A stretch of DNA of 64,000 nt, from the NCBI GenBank assembly GCA_951406725.2, contig OX597817.1, positions 135,904,001-135,968,000 on the forward strand, read 5' to 3'. Shown piece after piece: positions 1-12,147 of the stretch (positions are counted from its first letter, which is position 1; each line of letters opens with the position of its first letter). The DNA comes from Octopus vulgaris (Eukaryota). The notes below the pieces were generated by a model. That model saw only the letters and a list, made by a program, of their open reading frames with translations. It ran no database searches and was not told where the DNA came from. Both the position numbers and the translations under genes were made by a program.

Positions 1-395
1 GGAATTAGCCTCCATCATGATTAACATTAAATCTCACGCTGCACAAAAGACCAAAAGATCTCCTAGAAAAATATGCCTGGGAAATTATGCATCACCCGCC
101 ATATTCACCAGACCTCGCACCTACAGATTACCGTTTCTTTACAAGTTTAGAAAATCCTTTGAATGGATTAAGACTTGGTTCAAGAGCAGAAGTTGAAAAT
201 GAGTGTAATTTATTTTTTCACTTGTAAACTTAAGGAATTTTATGAAGTTGGCATTAGAAAGCTCATTGAAAGATGGACAGAGGTCATAGAAAAGAATGGT
301 GACTCTATGGACAATTAAATAAATTACATACTGTTTTTCTTTTATTCTTTTACTGAGCCTTAAAAAATGGACATAACTTTCGTTACAACCTGATA
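1..395 (+). mobile_element. Mariner transposon, 3' remnant (C-terminal transposase plus right TIR)
   Basis: Translates as ..WEIMHHPPYSPDLAPTDY.. (YSPDLAP motif at about 102-122) and ..RWTEVIEKNGD..; ends in TIR-like cataactttcgttacaacctgata. Confidence 0.85.
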
Positions 396-397
396 TG

Positions 398-470
398 CCC
401 ACTCTATAAAGGAGGAAGCAGAGCAGATGTTAAGAACTATAGGCCTGTCTCTCTAACTTCCTGTGTCAGT
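398..470 (+). pseudogene. CR1/L2-type LINE reverse transcriptase fragment
   Basis: Translates as PLYKGGSRADVKNYRPVSLTSCVS, containing the NYRPVSLTS RT motif. Confidence 0.7.
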
Positions 471-869
471 CACCATACGAATTAGCCCTTTCTCCGTCGC
501 AGATTGAACAAATGAACAACCTTAATCGATTTTCGAAAGGGTACCTGTAAACGTATGTACCTACATATATACGTCTGCATGTGTGCGAGTGTGTGTGTAC
601 AAATATCTGTATATCTATCTATGTGTGTGTTAAATGTATATTTATGTATTTATATTTTTGCGTGTATATATTTATACTGTATTTTTAGTTTATACTTTTT
701 ACTGTCTCAGTTTTCGATTTTTTCACTTTTCATTCTTCTCATTTTCATTCCTTTTCATTCTTTCTAATTATCTTCCTTTTTCGCCTGCAATTTTGTCTCC
801 CTTTATCATCAAATCATCAACTTTTGACCCCGCCCTAGCACCACCACCACTCAGCCAAAAGCTATATTG

Positions 870-1266
870 TTTTCTACTCTAGGCACAGGGCCCGAAATTT
901 TTAGGGAGGTAACCAGTCGATTAGATCGACCCCAGTACGCAACTGGTACTTAATTTATCGACCCCGGAAGTATGAATGGCAAAGTCGACCTCGGCGGAAT
1001 TTGAACTCAGAATGTAACGGCAGACGAAATACATATTTCTTTACGACCTACAAGGGCTAAACACAGAGTGGACAAACAAGGACAGACAAACGGATTAAGT
1101 CGATTATATAGACCCAGTGCGTAACTGGTACTTATTTAATCGACCCCGAAAGGATGAAAGGCAAAGTCGACCTTGGCGGAATTTGAACTCAGAACGTAGC
1201 CGCAGACGAAATACCGCTAAGCATTTCGCCCGGCGTGGTAACGTCTCTGCCAGCTCGCCGCCTTTA
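870..1266 (-). mobile_element. Dimeric tRNA-derived Nin-like SINE (full copy with tail A plus 5'-truncated copy with tail B)
   Basis: Reverse complement matches the SINE at 8982-9212; a 15 bp direct repeat ccaaaagctatattg lies at 855-869 and 1267-1281. Confidence 0.85.
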
Positions 1267-1632
1267 CCAAAAGCTATATTGGACGCATCGTTCATTACGC
1301 CATATTTACAGACATGTAAACGTTAAGCCGTCCCTTCACCTCTTCCTCTACCTTATCATTTTTATTCTTATTTCCCGCTTGATTCTTTATCCTTTCTCTT
1401 TCCCTCTTTACCTCTTTCTTTTTTTTCTTTCCTTTCCTTTCCTCTTCCTTTTATTATAATTTTTATTTCTTTACTTATATTTAATCTCAACTACAGCGTT
1501 TAACCTTCAATTTCAATTTTTTTTTTCTTTTGGCTTGCTTCTATAAAATTCCTTTTATTCCTTAGCAATTTTCATTTCTTCACATAATCTATTTTATTCT
1601 GTATATTTTTTCACTCGCTTTTGCACAAAGTT

Positions 1633-1676
1633 GTCAACGTATGGTAGGCACCGCCCGGTGCCTACCATACGTTGAC
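1633..1676. repeat. Perfect 21 bp inverted repeat with 2 nt spacer
   Basis: gtcaacgtatggtaggcaccg-cc-cggtgcctaccatacgttgac. Confidence 0.95.
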
Positions 1677-1879
1677 GAGAGGCAAACACCTCGAAACCTG
1701 GGTCCGTATGTGGCTTCCGCTTCTTCGGTGGATGATCTCCCTTTGCAGGATAGAGGACGCCGTGATGGTGTCAAGCCTTTCTGGTGACGTTGACGTTCGC
1801 CTGGGGCTAAATGCAACAGTAACACCCCCACCGCCCTGCCCTGTCCATAGCCACATTCAAATGGCTAATGTCCCTTTTG

Positions 1880-1924
<45 letters not shown>

Positions 1925-2127
1925 GTGTGTACATGAAAAAATGTACGTATGTATATATGTATGTATGTATATATATATATATATATATATATACATACAT
2001 ACATATATATGCATATATACATATATCCAAACATGCACGCACAAACGCATAAACACACACATATAGGTATGTATGCATTTATGTATGTATGTATGTGCGT
2101 GTGTATGTATGTATACATGTATGTATG

Positions 2128-2161
<34 letters not shown>

Positions 2162-2229
2162 TGTATGTATGTATGTATGTATGTATGTATGTATGTATGT
2201 GTGTGTGTGTGTATGTATGTATATATGTA

Positions 2230-2269
<40 letters not shown>

Positions 2270-2834
2270 TGTGTGTGTGTGTAAAAGTTTGCCTCAGCAA
2301 AATGAAAGGAATTAATCCCATAAATATTTAGTACTTTTTATTATTTTCTAAATTTTGTTTCGAAATTTTAAAATGTTTGCTACTTTTTGTCCTTTAAAAT
2401 AAAAAGTGTGTAAACAGTAAACGCACGCGCACACACACGCTGGTTTTACCAAAAAAAGCGATGTTGTATCAATTTATCCCATCGCTGGATTAAGCAGCAG
2501 ATTAAAATAAGAGCTGGGGGTCGCTAAGGTCGACGCAAAACCCATGAAGGTGCCGTCCAGTTTTACCAAAATCTAATGACTGCATGAATAATAAAAGACT
2601 ATACAGAAATGTGTGCGTGTTTGTGTTCACATATATCTATGTATGTATGCATGTATATATGTATGTCTGTATATATGTATGTGTGTGTCTGTGTATGGAT
2701 GTGGTATATGTAAGTATATGTATATATGTATATATGTATGTACGAATGTACGCATGCACCACCTTTTCTGCCAGATGGCTTTTTGATGCATCTAGAGGTG
2801 GACCAAAATTTATATGTAGGAATATTTATATACA

Positions 2835-2873
<39 letters not shown>

Positions 2874-3414
2874 TTACCCTCTCCTCACTCCCTTTATATC
2901 TACCCGCGTGGTATGTGTGTATCTGCAGTTGAATGCATGTCTGTATGTGTGTGTCTTTATGAGTATTGTATTGTATTATAATGCTGTTTACATTTGAAAA
3001 TACTTCCCATAAAGCTAATCCAAAAGACATGTAGGATTTTCCTATATTGGAAATAGAATTATGAATCGATAATAGTCCATTAGAAAGAGATTATGTTGCA
3101 AGTATATTTTCGGAGCGAAAACTTGAGCCACAATACGCAAACGTTTATCTAAAGTTTAAGGTAAATTATAAGAAAATATTAGATGTTATATTCTGGCTAT
3201 TTAAATAAATAGCATGATGCCTACTGACAAACGTTTTGTCTAGATTACAAGAGAGAAGAGAGATACACGCCAACATACTCTTGCAGTTTAACATCTATAC
3301 ATAAATATATGTGTATATACATATATGCGTATATATATATATATATATATATATAAATATATATATATATTATATATGTATGTATGTATGTACGTGTATA
3401 TATATATGTATTCA

Positions 3415-3446
<32 letters not shown>

Positions 3447-3702
3447 CATGTACATATATATATATATATATATACATGAATACATATATATATATATACA
3501 TGTACATACATACATATATATATAATATATATATATACATACGTATGTATATATATATATACACATACGTATGTATGTTTGTATATTTATATGAATATAT
3601 GTGTGTGTATATATATGTATTATATATGTGCATATATATGCATATATATGCATATACATACACATATATGCATACATATAAATATATGTATGTGTTTGTG
3701 TG

Positions 3703-3753
<51 letters not shown>

Positions 3754-3800
3754 GTTTGCATCTTAAATACACACACACACACACACACACACATATGTAC
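1880..3800. repeat. Compound microsatellite fields (TA)n, (TATG)n, (TG)n, (CT)n
   Basis: Directly visible simple repeats; similar fields recur across the whole window. Confidence 0.95.
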
Positions 3801-4462
3801 ATGGAACGTTATACTTGTTACACTTGCAAAATTTTCAAACGACTCTTGCACAATTTGTGTGAACTGCAGTAAAACTGTATAATATTGTCGCTTAGTCAGA
3901 GGTGAATAATGGAAGGAGAAAAAGGAGAAAGCGAAAAAGAGGATATGAAGGAAGGGAAAGAAAAACGAAACACCCCTAACCGTTTCAGCTATTCATGTAG
4001 CCAGAGTAGGCAAGGTTTAATGATTTTGTTGTCCTGATTTTCCTGTCTAGAGCGAGAAAGAGCGAGAGAGAGAAAGTTGGCAATGTTCAGAAGCAGACGA
4101 TAATAACGCCAGTCTTTGAGTTTGAAAATCTTAATGTTGTTTGTGTGAAGCTGTTGGACGTTTGTAATTGGGCAGAAAACGTAGGGAAACAGGGTTCTGA
4201 AAAGTAATATTTGAACATGTTTCGAGTATAGCAACGATGGTAAGAGTAGATCGGGATGGTGCATAAGGAAAAATTGTTAATGTGAATCTCACAAACAGAC
4301 TCCATGGTTTTTTTTTTGGTTTTTTTTTTTTGTGATATTTAACTCTTAATGAACGGTCTTCGTTCCATCATTAATTTTACGGTTTGAAGTGGACAAAAGC
4401 ATTGTTTCCGCTGAAAACGAGGATGGTTTATCGTTGGTGGTATTTTATCCTTTTGATTTATG

Positions 4463-4639
4463 TCTTTTACATGTTTCAGTCATTAGACTTCGGCCATGCT
4501 GGGGCACCACCTTAAAGAGTTTTTAGTCGAACGAATCGATCCAGGTATCCTGGTACTTATTCTATCAGTACTTTTGCTGAACCGATATGTTACAGGGATG
4601 TAAACTAATCAACACCGGCTTTCAAGCGGTAGTTGGGGA

Positions 4640-4648
<9 letters not shown>
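4463..4648 (-). mobile_element. CORE-like SINE, 3' half (diverged)
   Basis: Reverse complement resembles the 3' half of 16839-17250 (ccagcatggcc..gactgaaac tail). Confidence 0.75.
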
Positions 4649-4730
<82 letters not shown>

Positions 4731-4738
4731 GTGTGTGT

Positions 4739-4896
4739 AGGAGTGGCTGTGAGGCTTACCAACCACATGGTTCCGGGTTCAGTCCCACTGCCTTGGCACC
4801 TTGGGCAGGTGTCTTCTACTATAGCCTCGGGCCGACCAGAGCCTTATGAGTGTATTTGGTAGACGGAAACTGAAAGAAGCCCGTCTTATATATATG

Positions 4897-4952
<56 letters not shown>

Positions 4953-5148
4953 TGTGTCCGTCTTTGCCCCCCTCCCAACATCACTTGACAACCGATGCTG
5001 GTGTGTTTATGTCCCCGTAACTTAGCGGTTCGGCAAAAGAGACCGATAGAATAAGTACTAGGCTTACAAAGACTAGGCTTGCTCGACTAAAGGCGGTGCT
5101 CCAGCATGGCCACAGTCAAATGACTGAAACAAGTAAAAGAGTAAAAGA

Positions 5149-5149
<1 letters not shown>
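4739..5149 (+). mobile_element. CORE-like tRNA-derived SINE (OR2-like) with internal microsatellite
   Basis: Highly similar to 16839-17250; has B-box-like gggttcagtccc, CORE-like caccttgggcaggtgtc and the shared 3' tail. Confidence 0.85.
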
Positions 5150-5189
<40 letters not shown>

Positions 5190-5190
<1 letters not shown>

Positions 5191-5760
5191 ATGATGATGA
5201 TTTTTCTCATATATCTTGTAGAAACCGATGTTACAAAATGCAAAACTATAAAACTGGAAACTCCTAATGGTGTAAAAGATGATATTTTGTCTGGAAAATT
5301 CAAAAGAACTTTTAATAATAATTGGAGTAATTGTTGTGTTGCTGGAAGACCACTTAAGCCATTGAAAACTAAATTAACAATTAAAGATGGCATTTTGTGT
5401 AATGAAGTATAACTAATTTTACCAAACTGTTTAATATGTTAGCATTAAAAGCCGTCTGTGAGGATGTATAATGTGGAATTGGTTTCAATTAGAAGAACGA
5501 TGACCGACTACTTTGAAGGTGTGGAGCGACGTTTAAGAAAACATTCAACGTGTTTTAGAATAAAACTGGAATTGTCCCTCGCATGGTATGGCTATTACCT
5601 GAGAAAATTAAAGCATGGCTACCAGTGAATAGGAAATATAATTATGCCAAAAAGTTAGGACTGTTTTTAATTGTTGATGCAGAACTTTAGATGATCAAAA
5701 GTTACAGAAATTAAGAATAAAGAAGAAGAAATAGTTTGAAAAGTGTCTACAGAAATATTA
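5190..5760 (+). pseudogene. Degenerate Gypsy-like LTR retrotransposon pol remnant (pre-integrase/integrase region)
   Basis: Translations DDILSG..NNNWSNC..RPLKPLKTKLTIKDGILC..LILP and GLFLIVDA resemble K02A2.6-type Gypsy pol; many stops and frameshifts. Confidence 0.55.
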
Positions 5761-6075
5761 GATAAGGATTATTTGCCAACATAACATGGAAGTCCTGGTT
5801 TAGGACGAATATTGCTGTAATTTAGCCCCAGGAGACATCGTTTCCAGTTGGCTATACGACACGATCTGTGTTCTTATATTTTCGAATACACGCACACGTC
5901 TATATACGCGCATACCCGCACACACGCGCACATCCACAAGCGCGCACAAAAGATTCCATATACACGTCTATATACGCACAGGGAAAAATGCAGGGTGGAA
6001 GGTAGAATACAGAAAAATTACGTGTAAAAAATATATAAGCAATAAACCTATAAACCAAGAATCAATCAAAATTAT

Positions 6076-6677
6076 TGCGAGGTGATATCAAAATTCTCCT
6101 GGACCAGTTCTGTAGCGCACCAGCAGATGGCAGCACACGGTTGCGTGCGCAGTGAGAGCTAGCAGTGACCTTTATGGGGCAATGTAGCGAGTCACGTCGC
6201 TGTGTTTACTTCGCAAATTGGGAAACTTGTGTTTTTGTGATCACATGTATGCTGTAGTCTGCGATTTTGTGATGGACAGGAAGCTGGCACAAAGAGCCAA
6301 AGTGAAATTTTGCGTTAAATTTGAAAAGTCTGCTACTGAGACATTGAGCATTCTTCAGCAAGTTTACGTCGCCGAAGCAGTGGGTCGTACCCGTGAGTTT
6401 CTTTCGACTTCCATCTCTTCCTGAAGACGAAAATGAAGCTCAAAGGTCGCGGTTTTAACACCGTTGTCGAGATCGAGATTGAATTGCAGAAAGTCCTCGA
6501 CTCGCTTACAGAAAAAAGACTTCCAGCCCGGATTCCAAAAGTGGCAGGAACACTGGGACCGGTGTATTGCTGTGCAAGGTGACTATTTCAAAAGGAGATG
6601 ATGTTAAAGCTTAAGTAAATAAGTTATTTTTTTTATTAAACTTAACTAATCCGGGAACCTTTTGATACCACCTCGTA
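6076..6677 (+). mobile_element. Internally deleted mariner element
   Basis: TIRs gcgaggtgatatcaaaa and tttgataccacctcgta; N-terminal MDRKLAQRAKVKFCVKFEKSATETL is joined to C-terminal DFHLF..KLKGRGF..GFQKWQEHWDRCIAVQGDYF. Confidence 0.88.
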
Positions 6678-8454
6678 TACGCATTTCTTTCTGTTGTTGC
6701 TGTCTGTTTTTTCTTTTGCGTTTTCTAGGGTTTTGTATTCAGAGTTCTTCGTATTTTCTTCCAATGCTATCTTCTGATGTATTCGACGCCATTGTCAACG
6801 TAGTTATTTCTTGTATTCTAGAGAATAGACATGGAATTATTTCCAGCCGTTCTCTCTACTTCATCCATCTTTATTTTCCTTCTTTCTCCATTCTTTAACC
6901 GAGACAACGAACTTACCCATCTCATGTCTGAGATATTCACATTTGGTGAAATTTGCTGTTTTGTTCTATGTAACAAAGATTGTTATTTAATCTTTTGGGA
7001 ATCGAACCATAGAATCACTTTATCATTTTTCTATTTATTGAGTCATAGAGTTTAGTTTTTATCTCTTTTCTGAATAATTTGACCTTTCACTTTTCACGTC
7101 TCCTTTAATCTATCATTGTGTACAGTTACAGAATTAAGTTGTTATTTTTAACATTTTCGTGATAAAAAAATTCAAACTATTTTTAACGGTGTCACCCCTA
7201 CCCTCACCCTTGGCTTGAATACCCTGCAATGGCAGCCATCGACTATGACATCACCAATTGTATAAAACCGCTTTTATTTCGAGTCTTTCAAAGTCGGTGT
7301 ATAATATGCATTTGATCATTGTATGTTGTTAGTCCATTCCTTTGTCATTGTTTATCATCGTTGATATCTCTGTAATAACTACAGCCTAAGTAAACATTCT
7401 TGTAACTATGTCTGATACGATATACAACTATTATGTTGTAATGTGTGATATCGTTGGGATAACATATACTTTATATCTCAGACGAAGTGAACATTTTTTC
7501 CAGTACTTTTCCATTATATCAAGATGTTGTATCTCTTCTTTATTACTCCTACCTATTCATGCGGTGCCACCGTTTCCAGACCCTATCTATATTTTCTGCT
7601 TCATCCCCAATGGAATTACTGAATCTGTCTCAATAAAAAAAAAGGAACTTTGATACACCTTTGATATTATACTTCGGAGCAAATATCGCTGTCACAATAG
7701 GAAATAGGCTTCCAGTAGGAATCTCCGAAGACGTTGTTTTATGATACTTAAAAATCTCACATCTATATATACATGATTTACATTTTGTAATTCCCAACTT
7801 TTATCCAATTCCCATTCAGTTCAATGTTCTACTCAAGCGGCTCCAATGTCAAAGAGAAGTAACAAATATTCCTTTTTGTACAAATAATAGTTGAATTATC
7901 CGAGGAAAGTTGGTTTCGATTTAAAACAAAAGGTGGTGCAACAAAAATAGTTACTTCTCTTTTCTCTAAGACATGAATTAACTGATTTAACAAAATCCTC
8001 TGAAAATGTGACATCGCAGATTTTATTTGGTGAACTACTCCAGTTGCTGTGACATCACTCAAACAGCAGTGCAGTACTAATACACCCCATCACAGTAATA
8101 CTACTATAACACTGTCACTACTTAGTCTTTGTAATTGGTTTGCCAGATTCTTGATCTGAATTCGTGTGTTGAAACATATTTTATTGTGTTTTGGGAGAGT
8201 CATTACGCCAATAATAACACGTGCACAAGTTCAATATCGCTTGTTCATAGTTACTCAAGCAGACCTTGAAGCGAAAAGGGAAGTCAATTAGTCACTGAAC
8301 GGCGATGAAAGAACTTTAACAAACAACCGACTAAATGTTTAACCAACACATTGAACAAACGATCGATTAGTTCATTGGTCAGATAGTTAACCAACCGGCT
8401 AACAATAAAAAAAAGTGGTATTGACTCAGTGCATGTGTATGAAAACTTTTATTT

Positions 8455-8890
8455 TTACTTGCCTTTGGTCAGTAAGTGTTATTTCCTATTTGCTTCTGTC
8501 TAGAAATCAAAAGAAATGGCTACTCTTCCCTTCAAACTTTGATTTTGTGACCTGAACATCAATGTTTTGAAACTGGTCTTTTTTCCATTACATTTCAGAG
8601 TTGAGTTGCTCAAGCAGAAATATCGTTATAACAAATATTCTGCTCAATATCAGAGATTTGTTACCTGTTTGACCTTATTCAGTTGAACATGTCCTTTAGT
8701 GGCTGACGATATATGCATCTCTGATCATGAGTAGAAATTGTGGTGGAGTATCATAGCCATGTATTGAGAGGGATTCTTCGGAGGTTTCAATAAATGTTAA
8801 AAAAGCAAAATTTGAAGGAAATATTAACCATTTTTCATACTTTCTAGGGGTCAACAAATAGGAAATAACATTTGCTACCAAGGACAAAAG
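8455..8890. mobile_element. MITE-like element with about 50 bp imperfect TIRs
   Basis: The left ..gtgttatttcctatttg..ctagaaa mirrors the right tttctag..caaataggaaataacattt; the interior (about 8640-8790) matches the repeat at 49950-50110. Confidence 0.6.
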
Positions 8891-8981
8891 TTGTCTTACG
8901 CGGTATGACTGGGGCAATGCCCCGCCCCCAATACATAACTAAACTACCACTTCCATTAGAGTAGTATTAATGTAACCTTAA

Positions 8982-9212
8982 GGCGGCGAGCTGGCAGAAT
9001 CGTTTGCACGCCGGGCGAAATGCTTAGCAGTATTTCGTCTGTCGCTACGTTCTGAGTTCAAATTCCGCCGAGGTCGACTTTGCCTTTCATCCTTTCGGGG
9101 TCGATAAATTAAGTACCAGTTACGCAATGGGGTTGATATAATCGACTTAATCCGTTTGTCTGTCCTTGTTTGTCCTCCATGTGTTTAGCCCCTTGTGAGT
9201 AGTAAATAAATA
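8982..9212 (+). mobile_element. Full-length tRNA-derived Nin-like SINE (tail A)
   Basis: A-box tggcagaatcg, B-box gagttcaaattc, Nin-like core gcctttcatcctttcggggtcgataaattaagtaccag; 14 bp TSD agtattaatgtaac at 8963-8976 and 9213-9226. Confidence 0.9.
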
Positions 9213-9934
9213 AGTATTAATGTAACTTACCAATTGCTATGGTAGGAAATAAGAAATACACACACACATACACACGCTTACGCATAGTGTACACACCCAC
9301 AATAGCTTCATACACGCACATGTTCGTATACACACGTGTGCTCCCATGCACACACATATACACGCACACATTAGCATCATACACATACGTGCTTGTGCAC
9401 ACACACAAACGCGTGCAGTTACACCCACATATAATGACCCATACATTAGCTTCTCTCACACAAACACATACACATACCCGGAGACTGTTGCCTTGCTACC
9501 TGCCCCTCAAACCAACTTCATCCTCTTCCGGTCACTTCCACCTGCTTTGACCAGCCTCCGGACAACATCCCTGCTCACTGCTACCGGGACAGAGATGACT
9601 ATCTCGAGTGCAAGCCTCGTAAACCGGAATGGTTGATCCAGTGCATCTCCCTCGCCATCCTCCGGGACTCCTCCCTTTCCATTTTGTCCTTCAGGACCAT
9701 GAGGCCGACTGACGAGTTTATCTTTCTTAAATTGAATGTCTATTAGTTCAATATTCACAAAGTATTCAATACTTTCCTCTACTGAGGCAAACAACATCTC
9801 GAAAGTTGGAAAGCTGCATCCTGACCGATAACTCTTTCATTCAGACACACTTTTTCTTTCCTGTTTCTTTCTTTTCTTCTCTCTCACTCTCTCTCTTCAT
9901 TTATCAAGACGGAAGACTCGAACCGTTGAGATAC

Positions 9935-10138
9935 ACAAAAACACATACATACACACATATATATATACATATATACGATGGGCTTCTTTCAGTTTCCATC
10001 TACCAAATCCACTCACAAAGCTTTGGTCGGCTCGAGGCTAAAGTAGAAGACACTTGCTCAAGGTGCCACGCAGTGGGACTGAACCCGGAACCATGTGGTT
10101 GGTAAGCAAGCTACTTACCACACAGACACTCCTGCGCC
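9935..10138 (-). mobile_element. CORE-like SINE, 5' half
   Basis: Reverse complement matches 16839-17045. Confidence 0.85.
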
Positions 10139-10198
10139 TATATATATATATGTATATATATATATATGTACGATGGGCTTCTTTCAGTTATATATATG

Positions 10199-10237
<39 letters not shown>

Positions 10238-10244
<7 letters not shown>

Positions 10245-10600
10245 AACGGCAGTTTGTCTGTGCGTGTTTCTGTGTGTCTGTTTGCTTGTACCCCACCCTG
10301 ACCACGGCTTTCAACCGATTCTGATGAAACTTGACACACACATAGCCCAATGTCATAATTCAAAACTAACGCAGCGAAAATTTTGAAAAGTTCCCCCAGT
10401 TCTGAAAAAAATCGATAAATTCGACATGGGGTCGAGAATCAGAAACACAAACCGCAAACTGTCTAGGGGACGCAACTCCACCTTTTTTAACTAAAAAAAA
10501 ATTTACCATCATTTTTTTCCTATTTTTTTGCTATAACTCTCTAAAATGCTTTATAGTTATTTCCCTTACAAACCTGAGCAACGCCGGGCGATACTGCTAG
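10238..10600 (+). mobile_element. Non-autonomous Helitron-like element, copy 1
   Basis: 3' GC-rich imperfect hairpin cctgagcaacgccggg followed by terminal CTAG (10597-10600) and T; 5' gtct/gtgt tract and ccgattctgatgaaactt motif; embedded in (TA)n. Confidence 0.75.
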
Positions 10601-10708
<108 letters not shown>

Positions 10709-11070
10709 CTAGCAGTATCGCCCGGCGTTGCTCAGGTTTGTAAGGGAAATAACTATAAAGCATTTTTAGAGAGTTATAGCCAAAAAATGGGAAAAAAATG
10801 ATGGTAAATTTTTTTTGAGTGTAAAAAAAAGGTGGAGTTGCGTCCCCTAGACGGTTCGTGTTTCTGATTCTCGACCCCATGTCGAATTTATCGATTTTTT
10901 TCAGAACTGGGGGAACTTTTCAAAATTTTCGCTGCGTTAGTTTTGAAGTATGACATTGGGCTATGTGTGTGTCAAGTTTCATCAGAATCGGTTGAAAGCC
11001 GTGGTCAGGGTGAGGGTACAAGCAAACAGACACACAGAAACACGCACAGACAAACTGCCGTTTATATAGA
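10709..11070 (-). mobile_element. Non-autonomous Helitron-like element, copy 2 (inverted relative to copy 1)
   Basis: Reverse complement is near-identical to 10238-10600; begins TC and ends CTAG. Confidence 0.75.
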
Positions 11071-11337
11071 GAGAGATATATATATACTCTATATGTAAGG
11101 TATATATGTATACACTTTATTTTCATTTTGTGTTCCTAGGTGTTGAAGCAAGAATCCTTTTTGGATTAATCCAGAAATCGGAACCGATTCGGGGAAAGCT
11201 ATATTTTTATGAATTTCTGCTAGCTTGCTTTTTTTTTTTTTGTTTTGTCACGTGGTGTAATAATACAAGCGAAAATATTTTATGTGGTCAGAGGATTTAG
11301 CGTCTATTTTTCAGAATAGTCTTTTTGCCCTTATTTA

Positions 11338-11398
<61 letters not shown>

Positions 11399-11468
11399 TG
11401 TAAACAAACCCAGAGACTTGATAAGTTACGAGAAAAAGCGGCGAAGAAATTTTTTTGATGTGTATATA

Positions 11469-11553
<85 letters not shown>

Positions 11554-11554
<1 letters not shown>

Positions 11555-11736
11555 GTTGGAATTTACAAAAAGAAAACAAAACGAAAGACGAAGACGGGTC
11601 TGTAAACAACAAACAGATGTATTAGTTTAACCTTCGGGAAGTGAGAAAGTCTTTTACGTTTCGAGCCTACGCTCTTCAACAGAAAGACAGAAAGGAACGC
11701 AGAAATAAGTAGAGAGAGAAAATAAAAATGGTTTAG

Positions 11737-11738
<2 letters not shown>
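11554..11738 (-). mobile_element. Short Penelope pLTR-like or retrozyme-like repeat with a hammerhead-like motif
   Basis: Related copies at 22616-22705, 57400-57510 and 63245-63460; minus strand 11688-11649 reads gtcttt CTGTTGA a gagc gtag gctc GAAAC GTA aaagac. Confidence 0.65.
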
Positions 11739-11778
<40 letters not shown>

Positions 11779-11882
11779 TAAGCTTAATCCAAACGGGAAA
11801 ACAGAAAAAACAACAACACGTGGAACAATTACAGTATTATTATTATTAGGCGCTCAGGAAAATGGAAGAAGGAGGGTATGAC

Positions 11883-11935
<53 letters not shown>

Positions 11936-12147
11936 TTATTATCAACGGAGGTACATCACCATGGCCGTAGCTCTGAGCTGAAACTACAGAAAAAATATTA
12001 TTAGATAATAAATCGCATGGTTTATACGGATGCTCCTGAAAGAGTTGTTAAGTGTCCCACCCGTGAGGGATCGAAGCTGGATGGATCGAAACAATTGTAG
12101 TGATCAATAAAATTCTAGTATCTTCCATCTTCCGGCTCTCGCATTAA

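Noticed and set aside
6700-8100. Possible minus-strand retroelement remnant
   Set aside because: Only vague motif resemblance; no diagnostic motif could be confirmed.
9772-9815. Hammerhead-like fold ctttcc..gag..ctc gaaa gtt ggaaag
   Set aside because: Stems are plausible but the CUGANGA core is missing, so it is too degenerate to call.
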